Part shown: positions 58,602 to 64,000 of the stretch, piece after piece
How positions within the stretch are numbered: position 1 is the first letter of the stretch
Layout of the letters: every line of letters starts with the position of its first letter
Virus record (IMG/VR): IMGVR_UViG_3300046501_000558
Location: 1-64,000 of that record
Strand: one strand, 5' to 3'
DNA length: 64,000 nucleotides
Source of the DNA: a virus
Translations under genes and position numbers: made by a program
The notes under the pieces: generated by a model
Database searches by the model: none
Told to the model about the DNA's origin: nothing
What the model saw: only the letters and a program-made list of their open reading frames with translations

Positions 58602-59294
58602 ATGAAAAAGTTTTTCGTTAGTACACGTATACCCAAAGCGCTTGGTAATTCATCTTCGGAAATTGAATCCCAATTAAAAATACTAGACAAAATAGTTAGA
58701 GAAATATCTGTCATTGATCCTATTTTTGCTAATTGGTATGTCAATAATTATGATGAGACTGCACCTGAAGCGCCTTTAGAATATTCGTTCCCTTCAGACC
58801 AAGGATTTCAATATCTTTTTGATAAAAAAAGTGCTGACCAATTTGAAAGCTTCTCATTATGGAATGGCTCAGAAGAAAATAATGATTATGCCAGTATAGA
58901 TTTGAGTAACCTTGGCCTACTCCTGAAATTTCAGAAAGTCCTATCAGCTGATCAAATTGTTCAAATTTTTGAAGTGCTTTTAAAATATTTAAAAATTGAT
59001 TATTTATATGTAAATTATAAATTTTTTAAAGATATTAATGTTTTTGAACATCGTTTACCTACGACCTCAATTTGCTATGTCTCTTTAAATGTAGCCGCTG
59101 ACTATCTCCCACATCTTTATAAAAAAGTAGATGTAGATAATGAAAATAATAAAGGTACAATCTTGGTATTTGATGAAAATTGGGTTTCTGAAACTGAAGA
59201 TTTAAAGAAAAAAGTGCAAGAAAATTCTATTGCTCTAATAGAGGTCGGTGCAATTCCTGAAGCTATGATCCCTGATTCTTTTTATTTAAACTAA
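58602..59294 (+). CDS. Immunity protein (Imm52-like)
   Basis: Directly after Tox-REase-5; L..IDP.F..WY, SLWNG, GT..V pattern. Confidence 0.75.
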   Translation: MKKFFVSTRIPKALGNSSSEIESQLKILDKIVREISVIDPIFANWYVNNYDETAPEAPLEYSFPSDQGFQYLFDKKSADQFESFSLWNGSEENNDYASIDLSNLGLLLKFQKVLSADQIVQIFEVLLKYLKIDYLYVNYKFFKDINVFEHRLPTTSICYVSLNVAADYLPHLYKKVDVDNENNKGTILVFDENWVSETEDLKKKVQENSIALIEVGAIPEAMIPDSFYLN

Positions 59295-59345
59295 ATCATT
59301 GTAAATTAAGTCTATAATCACTTAAAAATATGCATTGGAATATAT

Positions 59346-59897
59346 ATGCTACTTCAAAATTTACATATTGATGTAAAAGTAATTGCTTTTGATCAAGCGA
59401 GACTAACAACCATTTATTCTTTAAATAAAGATAGTAACGGCGAAATTTTTAATGGTGAAATCAAAGTAGTCGATGCAGATTTGCAAAGTGAAAGCGCCGT
59501 ATCTGGTTTGGTTGAATTAACACCTAAGCTTTTAGGGTTAAGTATTATTCCTTTTGATACTCATACAGATGAAGCTTATACAAACTTTAAGAATGAATTT
59601 AGCAAAGGTCTATTAATAGCTCATAAGCACTCAATTGATGACTTTAAGATTATAGTTTCTCAAGCTGGCTATAACTTTAAGCTGAATGGAATTGAAAGCA
59701 CTAAAATTCAAAGATTTAAAGCCGGCGATAAAGTGATGATGGTCGGTAGTCATGAAGCAACTTTTCCGGAAAATGAATCTAAAGTTTGGACGTGTCTAAA
59801 TGATAGTTTCATTGATAAAGGTAAAGACGAGTGTGTTCACTTAGAAGGCTTTAGTGGAGCATATTTTTGTAAATACTTAGCTTTGGTTAAAAGTTAA
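59346..59897 (+). CDS. Hypothetical protein with C-terminal SH3-like domain
   Basis: FKAGDKVMM...VWTC..DSF...V.LEGFSG.F. Confidence 0.65.
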   Translation: MLLQNLHIDVKVIAFDQARLTTIYSLNKDSNGEIFNGEIKVVDADLQSESAVSGLVELTPKLLGLSIIPFDTHTDEAYTNFKNEFSKGLLIAHKHSIDDFKIIVSQAGYNFKLNGIESTKIQRFKAGDKVMMVGSHEATFPENESKVWTCLNDSFIDKGKDECVHLEGFSGAYFCKYLALVKS

Positions 59898-59948
59898 TAT
59901 TTTAGGCACTATTGCAGGCAGCACACGCTTTATTCTTCAAGTACACCA

Positions 59949-60191
59949 ATGATTGATTTAGACGAAAGTCACCCCTTAACTCCTAAGCAGCTCGAACAGA
60001 TTGGAAATTAGCTATTTGGTGAGAAATATAAAATAGCTTTGGCCTACTTTTTGAGTGTAGATAGACGGCTTATCAATCATTGGTTAGATAGGGATCGGTC
60101 GATACCTGCTGGTATAAGAGATGAAATCATTAAGCTTTTAAATCTAAAAATTGAGTATATGGCTAAGCAATTAAAAAAAGAAAATGAGTAA
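59949..60191 (+). pseudogene. Small HTH protein interrupted by in-frame TAG
   Basis: MIDLDESHPLTPKQLEQIGN*LFGEKYKIALAYFLSVDRRLINHWL...RSIP; TAG at 60009. Confidence 0.65.
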
Positions 60192-60276
60192 ATTAACGAA
60201 AAAATGAACTTTCTTCTTAGACTGAAATACCACTCATCGGCTTAATTTGAAATCTACAAAAACACCCCTTACGATT

Positions 60277-60303
60277 CACTTGAATATGTTACGTAATCAA
60301 GTT
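60277..60303 (+). promoter_or_regulatory. Acinetobacter UmuDAb-type SOS operator
   Basis: cACTTGAA-N11-aTCAAGTT, near match to AACTTGAA-N11-TTCAAGTT, just before umuC. Confidence 0.7.
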
Positions 60304-60308
60304 TTATC

Positions 60309-61604
60309 ATGGAAAAAAAGGTCTTCGCTCTCGCTGATATCAACAACGCATACTGCAGTTGTGAGAGAGTTTTTAATCCTAAATTATTGGGTAAGCCTTT
60401 GATTATATTGAGTAATAATGATGGATGTGCAATAAGTCGTTCAGATGAGGCCAAAAAAATTGGCATAAAAATGGGGGTTCCACTCTTCAAATTAAAAGAC
60501 ATTATCAAAGAACATAATGTAATTGTTCATTCGAGTAATTTTCCTGTTTACGCTGAAATGTCTCGCCGTTTTATGAATGTGTTAGCCGAATTTGTGGGCG
60601 ACAAAGAAACAGAAATTTATTCTATTGATGAATGTTTTCTTGATTTAACGACCTTCCAAAATTTATATGATTTAACAGACTACACAAGAATAATGAAAAA
60701 CCGAGTCTATCAGTATCTTGGTTTACCTATTTGCATTGGCATTGGCCGTACGAAAACTGAAGCAAAGCTTGCAAATTTTATTGCGAAAAAAAACAAACAT
60801 TACAAAGGTATATGCAATCTACTTGATATAGATTTAACTAATCTTGAAGCTATTTACCAAAGTATACCAGTTGATGAGGTGTGGGGTATTGGCTCTCAAC
60901 ATGCGAAAAAATTGCACGCTATGGGGCTAAATACTGTTTATGACTTAGCTGTGAGTGCTAACCCCCAACATATACAACAATTGTTCTCAGTCGTAGTAAA
61001 ACGTACTGTTTTGGAGTTACAAGGTACTGCATGCATTGAGCTTGAACATACTAAACCTGATCAGAAACAGATTATTTGTTCCCGTGCATTTGGCCGTCCG
61101 GTTATGAACATTGATGATTTAGGTGAAGCGATATCGCTCTATACACAAATCGCAGTGAGAAGGCTTAGAAAACAAGGTCTACTTTGTGGAGCAATAACAA
61201 CTTTTGCACATTCAAACCCATTCGACGAAAACGTTAAATTTTTTAGGTCCACGGCGTCGATTGGTATGCCCACACCTACTGATAGCGCGATTATTTTGGT
61301 AAAAGCTGCAATGCATACGCTACCAAAACTTTTCAAAGATGATATTGCATTCAAAAAATGTGGTGTATTACTTACGGCGTTAGAGCCCAAGACTGGCTAT
61401 ATTCATGATTTACTTATTGATCTTGATTTCATTGAACAACAAGAAAACATAATGAAAGCTTTTGATAAAATTACCGATCGTTTTGGCAAGAAGAAAATCG
61501 GAATTGGCAGCTGTGTTTTGCCTGATAGAAACTGGTCAATGAATCAACAATACAAGACTCAAAATTATTTCAGTTTGGAAGGTCTGCCGCTAATAAACAA
61601 CTAA
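60309..61604 (+). CDS. umuC: Y-family DNA polymerase V catalytic subunit
   Basis: DINNAYCSCE, SNNDGC, YSIDE, TKTEAKLAN, W.M.Q C-terminus. Confidence 0.95.
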   Translation: MEKKVFALADINNAYCSCERVFNPKLLGKPLIILSNNDGCAISRSDEAKKIGIKMGVPLFKLKDIIKEHNVIVHSSNFPVYAEMSRRFMNVLAEFVGDKETEIYSIDECFLDLTTFQNLYDLTDYTRIMKNRVYQYLGLPICIGIGRTKTEAKLANFIAKKNKHYKGICNLLDIDLTNLEAIYQSIPVDEVWGIGSQHAKKLHAMGLNTVYDLAVSANPQHIQQLFSVVVKRTVLELQGTACIELEHTKPDQKQIICSRAFGRPVMNIDDLGEAISLYTQIAVRRLRKQGLLCGAITTFAHSNPFDENVKFFRSTASIGMPTPTDSAIILVKAAMHTLPKLFKDDIAFKKCGVLLTALEPKTGYIHDLLIDLDFIEQQENIMKAFDKITDRFGKKKIGIGSCVLPDRNWSMNQQYKTQNYFSLEGLPLINN

Positions 61605-61662
61605 AAAACAGATAGTTAAATGTCATATTTGGTCAATGTAATATATTTTATTCTTAACTATA

Positions 61663-62088
61663 TTGATCAAAAAACATCAGCTTAATTTAGTTTTGGATAA
61701 ACTCATGGGAAAAAACGGTGTACCTTTGGGCCTTATTATTTTTGGTCTATTATCTGTTGCGGTAATATATTCAATTGCTCAATTTTTTCAAGATTCTTTT
61801 ACTTTGAGCGATTCAATTGCTTTACTTGTCGGTCTAAAATTTAGCGTTTTTGTAGTACTGATCGGCTTACTTTCAATAGGGTTTAACAGTGTTTTTACTG
61901 TTCTGTTTACCGTTGCCATTCCTACTTCAATTTTTTGGTATCGACCGATACTGAATGAAAAAGCATTACAAACTTTTGAAAAAACACTAGAAATGCCTTT
62001 CTACGGAACAAATAATGGTCAAATTATAATATCTTTAGTTATCGCATTAGCGTCCTATGGTTTTTGGATATATAAAAAATCTAAGTGA
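61663..62088 (+). CDS. Membrane protein
   Basis: ~4 TM helices; start uncertain. Confidence 0.6.
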   Translation: MIKKHQLNLVLDKLMGKNGVPLGLIIFGLLSVAVIYSIAQFFQDSFTLSDSIALLVGLKFSVFVVLIGLLSIGFNSVFTVLFTVAIPTSIFWYRPILNEKALQTFEKTLEMPFYGTNNGQIIISLVIALASYGFWIYKKSK

Positions 62089-62215
62089 GCATAAACAAGT
62101 ATTAAAAAAGCCCTCATTTTGAGGGCTTTTTTATAAAGTAAAAGTTAATATTAGCCAGTGTATTATATGTTTTTATAAAGTATATTCCGCCAAAATTACT
62201 TTATACCTATTAGAA

Positions 62216-62599
62216 ATGTTAAACGTATCAAATCCAGCAAATATCATCGTTATTACTATTGTTTTACTAATGACATTAATAAATACAATAACCTTTAATT
62301 TTTGGGAATTGATAGGAATCGATATCTATACAAGCCATCAGGTCTTATTTAATACCCTCATTTATGCAGTTGTTACAGGTCTGTTCAGCTTCAAATTTCG
62401 GTATACCGTTAAAGTCCGTACATCCTTAATTCTTTCATTACCTATCTATTTTTTTTGTATACGACCAATCTTAGAATATAAAGAAAATCATTCGATTGGA
62501 GTGATTCCTATGTATGTGACACATCAAGGACAAGGATTAATTTTATTGAGTGTTTCTCTGTTGGCTTGTGCTTTGTGGGTTTATATAGCAGATACATGA
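62216..62599 (+). CDS. Membrane protein, probable paralogue of 61663..62088
   Basis: Shared RPIL and P.Y.T..GQ..I motifs. Confidence 0.65.
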   Translation: MLNVSNPANIIVITIVLLMTLINTITFNFWELIGIDIYTSHQVLFNTLIYAVVTGLFSFKFRYTVKVRTSLILSLPIYFFCIRPILEYKENHSIGVIPMYVTHQGQGLILLSVSLLACALWVYIADT

Positions 62600-62634
62600 A
62601 TGAAAGCCCTCATTATGAGGGCTTTCTTATTAGG

Positions 62635-63999
62635 CTAAAGCTGCTGCATAGCTTCATCTTCAATTAGTTTGGTGATTAGAGCGCCTAAAGCTACAGGATC
62701 AACGGGATGACCTGCCAACTTAATAGCAGCATTGACTGTACTCCAACTAACCTCAGAACTTTTAAAAATAATGGCTGGTACCATTCTTTCATTACGATCT
62801 TTAGCGAGGGTTAAACGTTCAATACCGTGGACTAAAAAGTACTTACTTCCATTTTCAAGTACAACTATAGGATCTTCGAGAGAAATTCTACTTTCTTGCA
62901 ATTTTGGGGCTTTGGCCGTGTTCACTTTACTCACCATGACATGTTCATAATGACCGTCTTGCGACCAGCTGTCATAGATACCCTTTAACTGCTTATTCTC
63001 TTCAGTAATCTGGTTAAGCCATTGGACAAACTCGTCAAAGCTGTACTGTTCAATATTACCCATACCCGAAAAATTTTCATCATAATGATTTTGGTACAGT
63101 AAAGTAGCCTCAGCTTTGCTATTCGCGCCGATAATGACTTTATGTTCATCAAAGTCACCATGTTCATCATTCTGGTGAACAACAAAAATAGGTCCCGCAT
63201 AATCCGATTGAGTACCAGGAACAACGAACACATCGACTTCATCACCATCATGGCCTAGAGAGTCTGTAAAGAATCCGTAGTGAGCTAACATTTTGGTTTC
63301 CCAAGTCTCGCCGTCAGCCCCTACCCCTGACCGTACGCTACCCGCAGGATTCTCTATATGAACATGTAATTCATTAATTTTTAACTTGCCAGTAGTGTAA
63401 TCACCACTCTGCAATTGTTGCTCATTTGGCTCTTGTCCTTGATTTAAACTGCTTGTAGCGGCAGATTGGGCAAGAATGTCATTAACACCAAGCTGGTCAT
63501 CGTCAGTGAAGTTATTAGTGCCAGAGCTACCAATACCATCAAGCAATTGAAAATTTTCATTAGAACCTATGACCATTTCAAAATCAGGATCATGGAATGC
63601 ATGCGTAAATAATGCATCCATGAATGCTTTATTTTGACTTGCTGTTTCAAGAATTTTTTTCTCTTTAATTACATGAAAGAGCTGATCGAATGCAGCATTT
63701 ACAGCTTCACGTTCAACGCCCTGCGGGTACGCAACTTCACCAACACGATTATTGCCCCCTTGTGTTGAGTAAGCTAAATAATCATTTTTACGGCCCATAG
63801 TAGCCAAACGATCTTGTAAGTATGCAGAAAACGAACGCGCAGCCATTTCAAGTTCTTGGGACCAATATTTGCCCATTTTGCCTTGATCTAAAAGTAATGC
63901 TTTATTATAAAAATCACTATGAGAATCAAAACCCTCTATAGCGATTTGTACACCGCCGTCAGCTGTAAGAGAAACGTCGCCTTTTATAAAATGGCGAGC
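62635..63999 (-). CDS. C-terminus of large polyvalent protein (LPD1 + InPase-like + ParB-like), DdrB/DarA-type; 5' end outside window
   Basis: YWS..EM.AR.F.AY.QD...YP.G.ER (LPD1); IENP.GS.R.G...YG...DGD.VDVF...DEHK (InPase); frame open to edge. Confidence 0.8.
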   Translation of the reverse strand, partial: ARHFIKGDVSLTADGGVQIAIEGFDSHSDFYNKALLLDQGKMGKYWSQELEMAARSFSAYLQDRLATMGRKNDYLAYSTQGGNNRVGEVAYPQGVEREAVNAAFDQLFHVIKEKKILETASQNKAFMDALFTHAFHDPDFEMVIGSNENFQLLDGIGSSGTNNFTDDDQLGVNDILAQSAATSSLNQGQEPNEQQLQSGDYTTGKLKINELHVHIENPAGSVRSGVGADGETWETKMLAHYGFFTDSLGHDGDEVDVFVVPGTQSDYAGPIFVVHQNDEHGDFDEHKVIIGANSKAEATLLYQNHYDENFSGMGNIEQYSFDEFVQWLNQITEENKQLKGIYDSWSQDGHYEHVMVSKVNTAKAPKLQESRISLEDPIVVLENGSKYFLVHGIERLTLAKDRNERMVPAIIFKSSEVSWSTVNAAIKLAGHPVDPVALGALITKLIEDEAMQQL

Positions 64000-64000
64000 A

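Larger units (their letters stand above)
1..64000. mobile_element. P1-related temperate phage-plasmid (partial)
   Basis: Virion and lysis genes interleaved with Rep_3/iteron replicon and parA; no host housekeeping genes. Confidence 0.85.

Noticed and set aside
44712-60011. TAG recoding suggested by two in-frame amber stops (44712 and 60009)
   Set aside because: Other genes, e.g. terminase, end normally at TAG and long ORFs are intact under code 11; no suppressor tRNA seen; point mutations suffice
915-63251. Many short ORFs antisense to or nested in long genes
   Set aside because: Shadow frames without motifs or RBS; only 30467..30856 retained
1-64000. tRNA, rRNA, IS elements, pdif sites, tail-fibre invertase
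   Set aside because: None recognisable by eye; a tRNAscan/ISEScan run would be needed to exclude degenerate copies

Overview
64 kb of an AT-rich temperate phage-plasmid, most likely from Acinetobacter (inferred from an UmuDAb-type SOS box, a C4-RNA/TetR unit and a vgrG remnant). It carries P1-like myovirus virion genes (major capsid, intein-containing large terminase, prohead protease, tail fibre, tail lysozyme/tape measure, baseplate and lysis genes, the C-terminus of an LPD1/InPase polyvalent protein), a plasmid module (Rep_3 initiator with 13 iterons, ParA plus small partner), a lambdoid-style CI/Cro switch with initiator and DnaC-like loader, a P4-type integrase, three DNA methyltransferases, HicAB, umuC and cargo (DUF2441 ART-like gene, DUF4209/HEPN gene, orphan T6SS Tox-REase-5/Imm52 cassette). 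Non-coding signals read directly from the DNA: an ORF-less ~165-nt multi-hairpin/pseudoknot RNA with its own promoter and terminator, a fixed-spacing late-promoter motif (TGGAA-N31-ANNAT), a dispersed 14-bp operator palindrome, dispersed TGATCA clusters, and a C4-type antisense switch controlling tetR. Family assignments rest on motif recognition, not database searches.
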